A stretch of 64,000 nt of DNA from an uncultured Chloroflexia bacterium (GCA_963814375.1 CAWFCQ010000002.1:96001-160000); one strand, 5' to 3'. Positions 1 through 10,889 are shown, numbered from the stretch's first letter. Notes: a model not told the origin generated them from the sequence alone. Translations and numbers: made by a program.

Positions 1-349
1 CGATCAGGAGGACGTCGCGCACGATCACCCAGCCGGTCGGCGAGCCCCAGCTCGTCTCGAGGACCATGGTCCCCGGCAGGTAGCGGCGGGCAGCCGGGAC
101 GAGGATGTCGGACGGGCCGAAGCGGAAGCTGCCCGCGTCGCGGTCGAGGATCGCGCCGAAGACGCTGGGCGAGTCGAGCCGCGGTAGGCACAGCCACTCG
201 ACATTGCCGGACGGGGCGACCAGCGCGGTGCTCTCGCAATCGGAGAGGAAGCCGTACTCGCCGATCGGCGCGAACGGTGATGCGCCGAATGGTCGGTCGG
301 CATCGGGCAGGCTGCGCTCGTGGCGTCCGACCAGACCCTCGCTTGCCAT
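1..349 (-). CDS. Glycoside hydrolase family 15 (glucoamylase/trehalase-like), N-terminal part, runs off the window start
   Basis: Manual translation from ATG 349 (GGAGGTG RBS upstream): MASEG...PIGEYGFLSDCESTALVAPSGNVEWLCLPRLDSPSVFGAILD, a typical GH15 N-terminus; not in the ORF track because truncated. Confidence 0.85.
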   Translation of the reverse strand, partial: MASEGLVGRHERSLPDADRPFGASPFAPIGEYGFLSDCESTALVAPSGNVEWLCLPRLDSPSVFGAILDRDAGSFRFGPSDILVPAARRYLPGTMVLETSWGSPTGWVIVRDVLLI

Positions 350-408
350 CTTCACCTCCCGCCGATTGGGGGCGACAGTCTCACACGGAGGTGCAAGCCC
401 CGCCAAGC

Positions 409-1269
409 CTACAGATCGGCCTCGAAGGTGTTGCAGCCGTTCGCCGAGCCGGATTCCATCCCGTTCGTGAACCATTCCTGGCGCTGCTCGGACGAGCCGT
501 GGGTCCACGTCTCCGGGGTGACCTGGCCCTGGGTCTGCTCCTGGATGCGATCGTCGCCGATGACCGATGCCGCATCGAGCGCCTGCGCGATCTGCTCCCG
601 GCTGAGCGGCTCGAGGAAGCCGGTCTCGACCGCGTTCGCGCCCCAGACGCCGGCGAAGCAGTCGGCCATCAGCTCGACACGGACGGCGCCGCCCTCGGCC
701 CCAGCATCGCGGCCCTGCTCGAGGAAGCCGAGCAGGTTCTCCATGTGGTGCCCGTATTCGTGGGCGATCACGTACATCTCCGCGAAGGGCCCGCCCTCCG
801 CGCCGAACCTCGACTCGAGCTCGTCGTAGAAGCCGAGATCGATGTAGATCGTCTGGTCCAGCGGGCAGTAGAACGGCCCGACCGCGCTCGTGGCGCCGCC
901 GCAGGCGGTGTTGACTGCTTCGCTGAAGACCTCGACACCCGGCTGCTGGAACTCACCCTGGTTGGCGTAGGCTTCGGCCCAGTAGGCGTCCAGGCTCTGG
1001 ATCGCCCCGAGCAGACGGCAGTCCTGCCGCGTGTTCGCGTCCGCGCCGGTCTCGCACTCGCTGATCGCCTGGCTGCCGACCGGACCCTCGCTCAGTCCGC
1101 CTCCCAAGCCGGCCAGGTCGCCGAGATCGCCGCCGAACAGGAGGACGACGGCGACGAGGATCAGGCTGCCAAGCCCGCCGCCCACCGCGAGGCCGCCACC
1201 GCTGACGCGGCGTCCACGGCTGTCGCGGACCCGGCCCGGATCGAGGTCAACATCCCGTCGAAAGGTCAT
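409..1269 (-). CDS. Neutral zinc metallopeptidase (YpfJ/Zn_peptidase family), membrane anchored
   Basis: MTFRRDVDLD start, Gly-rich TM segment, GPFYCP, HEYGHH, ELMADC and THGSSEQR motifs; C-terminal part of track ORF 409..2313. Confidence 0.88.
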   Translation of the reverse strand: MTFRRDVDLDPGRVRDSRGRRVSGGGLAVGGGLGSLILVAVVLLFGGDLGDLAGLGGGLSEGPVGSQAISECETGADANTRQDCRLLGAIQSLDAYWAEAYANQGEFQQPGVEVFSEAVNTACGGATSAVGPFYCPLDQTIYIDLGFYDELESRFGAEGGPFAEMYVIAHEYGHHMENLLGFLEQGRDAGAEGGAVRVELMADCFAGVWGANAVETGFLEPLSREQIAQALDAASVIGDDRIQEQTQGQVTPETWTHGSSEQRQEWFTNGMESGSANGCNTFEADL

Positions 1270-1376
1270 GTGGTGCGCTCTCCGAGTCGATTGATCATTC
1301 GCTTGGTCGCTGAGCGACCACTGCCGCATCCATAGCGTCCGGCGTGCCAGCGCCGGTCGGATGCGTGATTCCGCGC

Positions 1377-2416
1377 TCACGGCGCCAGCCGTCTCGGCCA
1401 GCCAGCCGATGGCCTCCGGATACCGCCACTCGATGCCCGCGTGGGTCCCGTCGAAGAGCTCGTAATGCACGATCGGCTCCCCGATGCCGATCGACTCCAG
1501 CTCGGCGCGAAACGCGTCGGCGCCCAGGTCGAGGTAGAAGTCGTCGCTGCGCCCGGCGTCGATCCAGATCGCGCGAAGCGAGCGCAGCGCGTCGGCGTGG
1601 CGGGCGACCATCCGCACCGGGTCCCACGCGAGCCAGCGTTCCCAGACGTCAGGGCGCAGCCGGCCGGTGGTCGGCTCGAACGGGACCTGGACCGTGCCGT
1701 CGGCATCGGCGGAGTAGCAGGCGGCCATGCACCATGTGTTCAGGAGAGCGTCGTCCGACCGCTTCGGACGGCCGGGACGGTCGCGGACGTCCGCCCAGAA
1801 CGCGTCGAACGAGCCGTCGTACATGTCGCGCAGGGAACGGGCCGCGTCACGGAAGTCCGGCAGATAGCACGCCTCGAAGAGGGCGTCGCCCGCATGCGTG
1901 GCGAGGCCCCCGAAGAGGTCGGGGCGCAGCATCGGCGTGACCATGGCGCCGTAGCCGCCGCTGCTCTTGCCGGCGATGCCGCGGTGCGCCGCCGCGGCCA
2001 GCGTGCGGTAGCGATCGTCGACGAATGGCACGACCTCGTCGCAGAGGTACGTGTGGTAGCGCCCGGTCGCCGCCGAGTCGAGGAACTGGGACCCGCCGAT
2101 GCTGGTCCAGGCGTCGACGAAGACGACGAGCGCGGGTGTCGCCGCGGAGGCGAACCAGGCGTCGATCGTCTCGATCGGCGACGCCACGAACGCCTTGCGG
2201 TTGCGCCACATGTCGAGCTGGCCGGTCAGCCCCTGGATGACGTACACGGTCGGGTATCGGCGATCCGCGTCCTCGTCGTAGCCGGGCGGCGTGTAGACGT
2301 ACAGGGGCCGCACATGCGGGTCGCCCAGCGGATTGCCGGTGAGTGCCTGGCTGTCGATCGTGATGCTCGTCGAGCCGGCCCGCCCAGCGGTGGCCCCAGG
2401 GTGGCGGTAGCTCCAT
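1377..2416 (-). CDS. Putative esterase (enterochelin esterase-like alpha/beta hydrolase), two apparent frameshifts (~2366, ~1392)
   Basis: RPLYVYTPPGY, GKSSGG nucleophile elbow, IDAGRSDDF; N-terminus MELPPPWG lies in another frame; removing one base near 1392 gives WLAERLAP* ending at 1377. Confidence 0.8.
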
Positions 2417-2464
2417 CGGCGGAGCGTAGCAGGCGTGAGCGGTCACCGGCCCCCTGGGTGTCCC

Positions 2465-3190
2465 TCAGGTCTCCCCGCGCAGCTCGACGGTCTCGAGACG
2501 TCTCACGGCCAGGATCGCGGCACCGGCGGTCACCACCACGATCGCGCCGATCGCGACCTGCAGGCCGATCTCCGCGACTCCGGTCGCGTTCTCCCCGCCG
2601 AGCGCCTCCGCGACCGCCAGCACGTGCTGGCGGACGCTGAACGTGCGGGTGCCGGCGAAGAGCCCGGCCACGACGCCCTCCCAGATGACGACGTATGCCA
2701 GCCCGACGATCAGCGCGCGCGACGTGACGAGCGACAGCGCGACGAAGATCGCGGTGTACTCGAGGGCCCCCACGGTCGCCGCCACCGCGAAGGCGATGGC
2801 GAGCGCCGGATCGTCCAGGCCGATGAGCCCGGCAACGAGCGTCGCGGGAACCACGAGGAGCGCGACGACGACCCAGGCCACGAGGAGCTTCACGATCACG
2901 ATCCGCCACCTCGGGACGGGCCGGGCCAGGAGGTAGACGATCGTCCCGTCGTCGAGCTCGGAACCGATCGCCGCGGTCCCGACGATCACGGCGACGAGTG
3001 GCAGGAGGACGCCGATGGCGAGGTCGCTGAGCAGGGTCCGCGTGACCTCCCGCGCCTGCTCGGGCGTCGGCTCGCTGAGAAGGAAGAGGCCGACGATCGC
3101 GATCAGCATGACCCCGAGCAGCGCCAGCAGCAGCGTGCGCCGACGGTTCAGGAGCGAGCGGAGGGTGATCGAGACGAGCGCTCCGGTCAT
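2465..3190 (-). CDS. ABC-2 type exporter permease
   Basis: Multiple TM segments, ELDDGTIVYLLARPVPRW motif; overlaps the ATPase stop. Confidence 0.88.
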   Translation of the reverse strand: MTGALVSITLRSLLNRRRTLLLALLGVMLIAIVGLFLLSEPTPEQAREVTRTLLSDLAIGVLLPLVAVIVGTAAIGSELDDGTIVYLLARPVPRWRIVIVKLLVAWVVVALLVVPATLVAGLIGLDDPALAIAFAVAATVGALEYTAIFVALSLVTSRALIVGLAYVVIWEGVVAGLFAGTRTFSVRQHVLAVAEALGGENATGVAEIGLQVAIGAIVVVTAGAAILAVRRLETVELRGET

Positions 3191-4098
3191 CGGCGAACGA
3201 GGTAGCTGAAGACCGATTCGAGCGACTCGTCTGCCGGCCGCAGCTCGAGGAGCGACACCCCCGCGCGCTGTGCGGCCGGGCCGACGTTCCGCGTCAGCGC
3301 GCCGTAGTCGCGGGTGCTGACGGTGAGGACGCCCTCGTGCAGGTTGACGGCATCGACCTCCGGCGTGGCGAGGAGCTCGCGCGCGAGCCGCCGATCGTCG
3401 CTCGAGCGGAGCGTGAAGCTGTGCGGTCGATCGGTCATCAGGCGGCGGATCCGCCGGAAGTCGCCCGACGCGGCCAGCCGTCCGGCGACCACGACGAGGA
3501 CCTGGTCCGAGAGCCGCTCGACCTCCTCGAGGATGTGGCTGCTGAACAGGATGGTCCGACCCTCGGCCGCCATCGAGCGGAGCAGGCCCATCATGTGAAG
3601 CCGCTGACGCGGATCCATGCCATTGAAGGGCTCGTCGAGGATGAGGACCGACGGATCGTGGACGAGCGCGGCCGCGACCTTCACCCGCTGGCGCATGCCC
3701 TTCGAGTAGCCGCCGATCGCGCGCCCGGCGGCGTCATGCAGGTCGACCAGGCCGATGGCTCGCTCTGCCGCACCGCCCGGATCGTCGAGCTCCTGGAGCC
3801 TGGCGGCGGCGGTCACGAACTGGAGCCCGGTCAGGAAGCCGTACACAGCCTCGCGCTCGGGGACGAGGCCCACCCGCCGGTACAGCTCGGGATGCCGCCA
3901 GGTCGGAGTCTCATCGAGCTGTACGGTGCCGGCGCTCGGGCGGAGGAAGCCGGCCATCATGTGCAGCAGGGTCGTCTTGCCGGCTCCGTTCGGGCCGAGC
4001 AGGCCGGTGATGCCAGCCCCCACTTCGAAGGTCACATCGTTGACCGCGACGACGTTGCCATACCAGCGCGACGCGGCCTCGAGGCGCAGGACGCTCAT
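3187..4098 (-). CDS. ABC transporter ATP-binding protein
   Basis: GPNGAGKT Walker A, YSKGMRQR signature, LILDEP Walker B; start MSVLRL overlaps the upstream stop. Confidence 0.92.
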   Translation of the reverse strand: MSVLRLEAASRWYGNVVAVNDVTFEVGAGITGLLGPNGAGKTTLLHMMAGFLRPSAGTVQLDETPTWRHPELYRRVGLVPEREAVYGFLTGLQFVTAAARLQELDDPGGAAERAIGLVDLHDAAGRAIGGYSKGMRQRVKVAAALVHDPSVLILDEPFNGMDPRQRLHMMGLLRSMAAEGRTILFSSHILEEVERLSDQVLVVVAGRLAASGDFRRIRRLMTDRPHSFTLRSSDDRRLARELLATPEVDAVNLHEGVLTVSTRDYGALTRNVGPAAQRAGVSLLELRPADESLESVFSYLVRR

Positions 4099-4982
4099 AC
4101 CGTGATGCGCCGATAGCGCACGAAGAGCACGAGCCACGATCCCAGCAGGAGAACGGCAGTCGCGAGCCCATACACGGGGAGCGGAACGCTGCTCGACCCG
4201 ACCGGCGACTGGGCAACTTCGCCGCCGAACACCCATTGTCGAGCGCCGTCGATGATGCTCAGCGGGTTGAGGAACGGCGCCCAGTCGTCGAACGCCCCGC
4301 CCGCCTCTCTGAGCACCTCGCTGATCACTCCGCCGATGAGGAACACGGCCAGGACCGCGCCGGCGGCGTATGCGCGGCGCGAGGCGAGGGAGCAGATCGC
4401 GATTCCGACGCTCGCCAGCACGACCGCGTGAAGCACCCCGCTGCCGACGATGGCGGGAAGGGAGCCGATCTCGTCACCCAGCGCCCCAAGCAGGTCGTCG
4501 GCGGCGAGGACCTTGCCGACGAAGAGGATGAGCAGCGGCAGGAGCGTCAGCGACAGGAGGCCCAGCGTGAGGGCCACGAGCTTGGCGCTGACGTAGTCGA
4601 AGCGGCTCATCGGCCGGCTGAAGTAGAGCGGCAGCACGCGGTAGCGGATGTCGTTGACGACGAGCTCCGGCGCCTGGGCGGCGAGGAAGATCCCGAAGAG
4701 CCCGCCGATCTGCCAGAGGTAGTTGTCGTAGTCGTAGAGGTCCGGGATGATGTCGCCCGCCAGGACCCGAACGGCGACCGCCACGATTGCCGGCAGGATG
4801 GCGAGGATCACGGCTCCCCACGGGATGATCTTCGAGCGCCCCGAGCGCCCGAACCCGAAGACGGCGCGCACGCCGGCCCGCACGACGGCGCCGACCGCAC
4901 CGCCACGACCGAGGCGCGGGCCGTCATAGCGGCGGTAGCCGATGTCGTAGATCGTCCCCCCGGCGTCGGCCTGGGCGGTCAT
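4095..4982 (-). CDS. ABC exporter permease
   Basis: IYDIGYRRYDGPRLG N-terminus, LYFSRPMSRFDY motif, about 6 TM segments. Confidence 0.88.
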   Translation of the reverse strand: MTAQADAGGTIYDIGYRRYDGPRLGRGGAVGAVVRAGVRAVFGFGRSGRSKIIPWGAVILAILPAIVAVAVRVLAGDIIPDLYDYDNYLWQIGGLFGIFLAAQAPELVVNDIRYRVLPLYFSRPMSRFDYVSAKLVALTLGLLSLTLLPLLILFVGKVLAADDLLGALGDEIGSLPAIVGSGVLHAVVLASVGIAICSLASRRAYAAGAVLAVFLIGGVISEVLREAGGAFDDWAPFLNPLSIIDGARQWVFGGEVAQSPVGSSSVPLPVYGLATAVLLLGSWLVLFVRYRRITV

Positions 4983-5902
4983 GCGGCGCTCTCGTCGCGG
5001 AAGAGGTCCTCGAGCTGGTGGCGCCGATGCTCGATCCTCACGAGCGGCATACCGAGCGCGACCGCCTCGTCGCGCACGGCGTCGTAGACGTCGAACTCGC
5101 CGCCGCCGGCCGAAGCGATCTCGACGAGCACCGTGCGTCCGGTCGCCGTCGCCGTCAGCCCGCGGCCCGTGAGCCGCTCCGCGAGCGGACCGGCCGCCTC
5201 CTCGGTCTCGACCACCAGCTGGCCGGTGCGCTCGGTGAAGCTCGTCAGCGGCGCGGTTCGCAGCAGCCGCCCGGCGTCGATCGCGACGAGCCAGTCGGCG
5301 ACGCGCTCGATCTCGCCCAGGAGGTGGCTTGCGACGACCACGGTCATCCCGAAGTCGCGCCCGATCCGTTCGATCAGGCCGAGCATCTCGTCGCGGCCCG
5401 CCGGGTCGAGCCCGTTGGTCGGCTCGTCCAGGAAGAGCAGGCGCGGGTCGTGGACGATGGCCTGGGCGAGCTTGACGCGCTGCTTCATGCCGGTCGAGTA
5501 GCCCCCGATCGGCCGATACCGCTCCTCGTAGAGGCCGACATGGCGAAGCACGTCCGCCGTCCGCTCGCGTGCCGCGCCTCCCGGCAGTCCGGAGACGCGG
5601 GCCATGTGGCTCACGAACTCGGTGGCGCTGACGTCCGTCGGCAGGCAGTCGTGCTCGGGCATGTAGCCGACCAGCTCGCGGATCCGTGCTCCCTGGCTCC
5701 GCGTGTCCAGGTCGAGGACGGTGGCGTCGCCCTCGGTCGGCTCGAGCAGACCCAGCAGGATCTTGATCAGCGTGCTCTTGCCGGCCCCGTTGGCGCCCAC
5801 GAGGCCGATGACGCCTTCGCCGATCTCGACACTGAGGCCGGCGAGCGCGGTGACGCCGCCGGGGTAGCGCTTCGTGAGCGCCCGGGTGCTGATGAGGGAC
5901 AT
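4979..5902 (-). CDS. ABC transporter ATP-binding protein
   Basis: GANGAGKS, YSTGMKQR, LFLDEP. Confidence 0.92.
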   Translation of the reverse strand: MSLISTRALTKRYPGGVTALAGLSVEIGEGVIGLVGANGAGKSTLIKILLGLLEPTEGDATVLDLDTRSQGARIRELVGYMPEHDCLPTDVSATEFVSHMARVSGLPGGAARERTADVLRHVGLYEERYRPIGGYSTGMKQRVKLAQAIVHDPRLLFLDEPTNGLDPAGRDEMLGLIERIGRDFGMTVVVASHLLGEIERVADWLVAIDAGRLLRTAPLTSFTERTGQLVVETEEAAGPLAERLTGRGLTATATGRTVLVEIASAGGGEFDVYDAVRDEAVALGMPLVRIEHRRHQLEDLFRDESAA

Positions 5903-5925
5903 GCGCCCCTCAGTCTAGAGGGCGG

Positions 5926-6123
5926 CTACATGTGCGGTTCGTACGACGGGTCGAGGAATTTCGCGGGGTCCTCCTCGAAGTCCAGCTTGCAGCCTCGACC
6001 GCAGAAGTAGTACGTCGCCCCGTCATGTTCCGCGCTGAGTCCCCCTGCGCCGGCGATCTCCTCGTTGACCTTCATGCCGCACACGGGATCGGTTGCCGTC
6101 GGTGTCGTCGGTAGCTCGTTCAT
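5926..6123 (-). CDS. YHS domain (copper-associated) protein
   Basis: DPVCGM...YYFCGRGCK...F; overlaps the copA stop. Confidence 0.88.
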   Translation of the reverse strand: MNELPTTPTATDPVCGMKVNEEIAGAGGLSAEHDGATYYFCGRGCKLDFEEDPAKFLDPSYEPHM

Positions 6124-8398
6124 CGGATCTCCATGGAGTTCTGACCGGTCATGCGGAAGGCGCGAAGCCGCAGCGAGTTGCCGACGACGCTCACGCTCGA
6201 GAGGGCCATGGCGGCGGCCGCCAGCGCCGGGTTCAGCAGCAGCCCTGCCACCGGGTAGAGGATCCCGGCCGCGACCGGGATGAGGAGGACGTTGTATCCG
6301 AAGGCCCAGCCCAGGTTCTGCCGGATCGTTCGCATCGTGGCGCGCGACAGGCGCACGGTGGTCGGCACACCGCCGAGGTCGTCTCGAACCAGGGTGATGT
6401 CCGATGCCTGGAGCGCGACGTCGGCGCCGGTGCCGATCGAGATCCCGACATCGGCCCGTGCCAGCGCCGGGGCGTCATTGATCCCGTCGCCGACCATCGC
6501 GACGACGGCGCCGGATGCCGCCAGCTCTTCGACGAACGCGGCCTTGTCGCCCGGCAGGACCTCGGCCCGGATGCGTTCCGGTCCGATGCCGACGAGCTCG
6601 CCGACGGCTTCCGCCGTCGTCCGCCGATCGCCGGTCACCATCCAGACATCGATGCCGAGCCCGCGAAGCGCGGCGACCGCATCGGCCGCCCTCGGCTTGA
6701 CGGTGTCGGCCAGGCCGACCTCGCCGATGAGCTCGCCGTCGCGCGCCACGTGAACCAGGGACATGCCGGGATCGCCTCCTTCGTCGGGCGGGGAGGCATC
6801 GATCCCTGCGTCGGAGAGGAACCGAGCGGTCCCGACCAGGATCTCGGCGCCTTCGACCGTGGCGCGAACGCCCATCCCGGCGACGGCGGCGAACGACGTC
6901 GCCTCGAGCGGCTCGATGCCGAGGAGGTCGGCGTGGCGAACGATCGCCTCGCCAAGCGGGTGCTCGCTGCCACGCTCTGCGGTCGCGGCGAGACGCAGGA
7001 GCGCGCGCTCATCGACTCCCGCAGCCGGCCGCACCACGGTCACCGATGGCTCTCCGCGCGTGATGGTGCCCGTCTTGTCCAGGACGACGGCGTCGATGCG
7101 CTCCGCGTGCTCGAGCGCGGCGCCGTCGCGGACGAGGACCCCGTTCTCGGCCCCCTTGCCGGTGCCGACCATGATCGCGGTAGGGGTGGCGAGACCCATG
7201 GCACAGGGGCAGGCGATGATGAGGACGGCGATCGCCGAGCTCAATGCCAGCGGCAGGCGAGGTTCCGGACCGAGCAGCATCCAACCGGCGAAGGTCACAG
7301 CGGCGATGACCATGACGGCGGGGACGAACCATCCGGTGACGCGATCGGCGACCCGCTGGATCGGCGCCTTGGACCCCTGGGCACGCTCGACGAGCGCGAC
7401 GATCTGCGCGAGCGCGGTCTCGCTCCCGACGCGCTCGGCCCGCATGACGAACGACCCGCTCGCGTTGATGGTGGCGCCGATGGCCCGGTCGCCGCTGCGC
7501 TTCTCGACGGGGAGGGCCTCGCCGGTCAACATCGACTCGTCGACGGCCGAGGCACCGTCGACGATCACGCCGTCGACGGGGATGCGGTCACCCGGGCGCA
7601 CCCGCAGCAGGTCGCCGATCGCGACCTGCTCGACGGGGACCTCTCGCTCACCGCCGTCGCGCAGGACGCGCGCCGTTGGAGGCTGAAGATTGAGGAGCGC
7701 CTTGACGGCCCCGGCCGCGCGTCCCTTGGCGCGCGCCTCGAGCCATCGACCGAAGAGGACGAGTCCGATGATGACCGCGGCGGTGTCGAAGTAGGTCTCG
7801 TGGGACAGTCCGGCCGCCATCACCGCCTCGGGCATGAGGGTGATGAACAGCGAGTAGCCGTACGCGGCCATCGTCCCGAGGGCGACGAGCGTGTTCATGT
7901 TCGCCTCGCCGTGCCGCGCGCCGCGCAGGGCGGCCACGAGGAACCGGCGCCCGAACACGAACTGGACGATCGTTGCCGGCACGAGGAGCCAGCGATTGAT
8001 CTGCTCCATCGGCCACGGCGCGCCGCCGGGCCAGAACATGATCGCCATCATCACCACACCGATGCCCAGCGACGCGAGTGCCTGGAACAACAGCTCCCGC
8101 TGCTCGGTAACGTGTGCCGCCTCCTCGGCATGCTCGGCTCCCATCGAGGCGCCGGAGCTTTGGCGGCGACGTCATATCCGGCGGCCTCGATCGCGGCCAC
8201 GATCCCAGTGCGGTCGATGCGCGCCGGGTCGAAGCGCACCGTGGCCCGCTCGGTGGCGAGGTTCACGGTCGCCTCGTCGACGCCCTCCGCGCGGTTCACG
8301 AACCGCTCGATCCGGTTGACGCAGCTGGCGCAGGTCATGCCGAGCACGCTGATCGAGATCTCGGACGTCGGCGGCGACGTGGGGGAAGCGTTTGTCAT
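6120..8398 (-). CDS. copA: Cu(I)-translocating P1B-type ATPase, apparent frameshift near 8160 between the HMA domain and the core
   Basis: GMTCASC HMA motif in frame 8051..8506; TGE, CPC, DKTGT, SEHPLG, GDGIND, YN and MALSS motifs in frame 6120..8144. Confidence 0.9.
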
Positions 8399-8409
8399 CG
8401 GCTGACAGG

Positions 8410-8426
8410 ATACTACAGGGGAGTAT
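8410..8426. promoter_or_regulatory. CsoR-type operator overlapping the copA -10 element
   Basis: ATACT-ACAGGGG-AGTAT (TAC-N9-GTA with a G tract), overlapping minus-strand TATCCT (8407-8412), 8 nt before the copA ATG. Confidence 0.65.
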
Positions 8427-8523
8427 ATGAGCCTAGCGGCGCGGCAGGCCAATTCGGTGGCCAGTGCACATCGCGGCACGCGCATTGCTGAACGCGGCCA
8501 CAACACTCACGCAAAGGGGGACC

Positions 8524-8949
8524 GTGGTCGCCCAGCAGCATCAGCCCCGCCGAGGTGTCGCACCGATCGTGTTCGTCGTCGACGACGACGCGTCGACGCT
8601 GGCGTTGCTGTGCGACGTGGCGGAGGCGGCCGGGTGGACTGCGCGCGGGTTCAGGCGCCTGCACGAGGTCCGCGCGCAGATCGGCGCCCATCCGCCCTCG
8701 CTCGTCATCGTCGACGACGAGCTGCCCGATGGGCGCGGAGGAGACCTCGCGCGTGATCTTCAGGATGACGGGCAGGCCAGCGTTCCCATCGTGGTGTGCA
8801 CGGCGGCGCATCCGCGGCGCCAGGCCGAGATCGGGGCCTGGGCACCGGTCATCTCCAAGCCATTCGACCTCGTGGACATCGAGCGGCTGCTTCTGTCGGT
8901 CGGTGACGGAGGAACTTCGGGAGCGGTGGGCACGCCGCGCGGCGGTTAG
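8524..8949 (+). CDS. Single-domain response regulator receiver (CheY-like)
   Basis: VFVVDDD, IVDDELP, CTA, SKPF; start uncertain (GTG 8524 after AGGGGG). Confidence 0.75.
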   Translation: MVAQQHQPRRGVAPIVFVVDDDASTLALLCDVAEAAGWTARGFRRLHEVRAQIGAHPPSLVIVDDELPDGRGGDLARDLQDDGQASVPIVVCTAAHPRRQAEIGAWAPVISKPFDLVDIERLLLSVGDGGTSGAVGTPRGG

Positions 8950-8958
8950 GCTGAGGGC

Positions 8959-10158
8959 GTGCGTGCGCTCATCCTCACGAACGAGTATCCGCCCGAGATC
9001 TACGGTGGCGCGGGCGTCCATGTCGACGAGCTGACCAGGCACCTGCGCGAGCTGGTCGAGCTCGATATCCGGACCTTCGGCTCGCGGGCCGAGGCCGCAG
9101 ACGGCTGGCGTGTGCAGGGCTATCCGCCGGCCCACGACCTGGCGAGTGCCGAGGAGCCGCTGCGACCGATGCTATCGGCCCTGTCGCGGGACCTCGCGAT
9201 GGTCGCCGATCCGGTGAAGGCGGACGTCGTGCACGTGCACACGTGGTACACGCACCTGGCGGGGATGCTCGTCCGGCTCGCCTACGGCATCCCGCTCGTG
9301 CTGACCGTCCACTCGCTCGAGCCGCTCCGGCCATGGAAGCGCGAGCAGCTCGGCGGCGGCTACGAGGTCAGCAGCTGGGTCGAGCGCATCGCCATCGAAT
9401 CTGCCGATGCGGTCATCGCGGTCAGCGAGGGGACCCGCGCCGACGTGCTGCGCCACTTTGGGGCGCGCGAGGAGCGCGTCCACGTCATCCACAACGGGAT
9501 CGACCCGGACTTCTATCGGCCCGACGCCGCAACCGATGCGCTCGCGCGTCACGGCGTCGACCCGGCGGTACCCTACGTCCTCTTCGTCGGGCGGATCACG
9601 CGCCAGAAGGGGATCGTTCATCTCGTCCGCGCGATCAGCCACCTCGTTCCCGGCATCGGCGTCGTGCTCTGCGCCGGACAGCCCGACACGCCGGAGATCG
9701 CTCGCGAGATGGAGGACGGGGTGCGGGCAGCACAGGCCGAGCGCCCAAACGTGGTCTGGATTCCCGAGATGGTGAGCCGGGAGGATGCGCGCCAGCTGTA
9801 CTCGCACGCCGCCGTCTTCTGCTGCCCTTCGGTCTACGAGCCGTTCGGGATCATCAACCTCGAGGCTGCGGCCTGCGAGACGCCTGTGGTGGCGAGCGAC
9901 GTCGGCGGAATCCCCGAGGTGGTGGTGGACGGCGAGACCGGCCTGCTCGTCCCGGTCGAGCTCTCGCTCGAGGACCCCATGCGCCCGGTCGATGCCGACC
10001 GCTTCGAGCTCAACCTCGCCGGGGCCATCAACGCGCTGATGGCCGATGCGGCAACGCGGGAGGTCATGGGCCGTGCCGCGCGCCGGCGCGCGATCGAGCA
10101 GTTCGGCTGGCCCACCATCGCCCGTCAGACCGCCGCCCTCTACAGCACCCTGTTCTAG
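8959..10158 (+). CDS. glgA: Glycogen synthase/maltose-1-phosphate synthase, actinobacterial GT4 type
   Basis: EYPPEIYGGAGVHV, HTWY, HSLEPLRPWK, VGRITRQKG, YEPFGIINLEA. Confidence 0.9.
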   Translation: MRALILTNEYPPEIYGGAGVHVDELTRHLRELVELDIRTFGSRAEAADGWRVQGYPPAHDLASAEEPLRPMLSALSRDLAMVADPVKADVVHVHTWYTHLAGMLVRLAYGIPLVLTVHSLEPLRPWKREQLGGGYEVSSWVERIAIESADAVIAVSEGTRADVLRHFGAREERVHVIHNGIDPDFYRPDAATDALARHGVDPAVPYVLFVGRITRQKGIVHLVRAISHLVPGIGVVLCAGQPDTPEIAREMEDGVRAAQAERPNVVWIPEMVSREDARQLYSHAAVFCCPSVYEPFGIINLEAAACETPVVASDVGGIPEVVVDGETGLLVPVELSLEDPMRPVDADRFELNLAGAINALMADAATREVMGRAARRRAIEQFGWPTIARQTAALYSTLF

Positions 10159-10800
10159 GCCGGCGAAACGCGAGCCATGAGGGCCAGCGTGTTGCCCTCG
10201 CCGTCCTCGAAGAAGGTCATCCATTCCTCGGTGCCGTCGTCGTGGGTGTGGATGATGTGCGGCGCCCCGCTGAAGTGGACTCCCTTCGCGACCAGCGACT
10301 CCTGGGCGGCATGGATGTCGTCGACTGAGGAAGTAGAGGACCGAGCTCGGGCGCCACTCGGACTCGTCCTTGCGGTGGAGGTAGAGGCGGGTCCCGTCGG
10401 CGTCGAAGAAGGCGAGATCCCCGAACGTGAAGAGATGCGGCAGGCCGAGGATCTCGCCGTAGAAGCGCCCGGCGCGCGCCGTGTCGCGGATCGAGAGCGA
10501 GACCTGGCCGATCGACCCGAGCCGGGTGGTGGTGGACGTCGTCATGCGATTCGTTCGTCTCCTGGCTGTGAGTGGGCTGGTGGCGGGGACGCCCGGCCAT
10601 CGGCGCAGCTGTCGCGCCCCGACGCCGAGCTTGTCGCCGATGTTGGCGAGGTGGTACTTCACGGCATCGACGCTCGTGCCGCGGCGCCGCGCGATCTCCG
10701 CGCGCCGCATGCCGTGCCGCACGAGATCGAGGACTTCCCACTCGGCCGGGGTCAGCACGTCCGGGTGCGGAGGCCGCCCCCGGCCGCGGCGCGTGGTCAT
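10155..10800 (-). CDS. LuxR-type HTH fused in frame to a VOC/glyoxalase domain (frameshift ~10326; possible internal start at 10545)
   Basis: LTPAEWEVL..EIARRRGTSVDAVKYHLANI HTH, then IGQVSL..AGRFYGEILGL..LYF, continuing in a shifted frame as VDDIHAA..WMTFFEDGEGNTLALM. Confidence 0.75.
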
Positions 10801-10889
10801 ATGGACAGCGTACCCGGCGGCCAAGCGAATTTCCCTACCCGTCGATCGATACCCAGCGCCCGTACCCGGCACCCGGTAGCATGGCGGCC

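Noticed and set aside
409-2313. Apparent 634-aa esterase-metallopeptidase fusion
   Set aside because: One extra base near 1392 hides a natural stop (ERLAP* at 1377), the linker looks like intergenic DNA, and the peptidase has its own GGAG plus ATG at 1269
6093-8405. Long antisense ORFs (this one, 47207..48850, 54966..56882 and many others)
   Set aside because: Shadow frames of GC-rich real genes with no recognisable motifs
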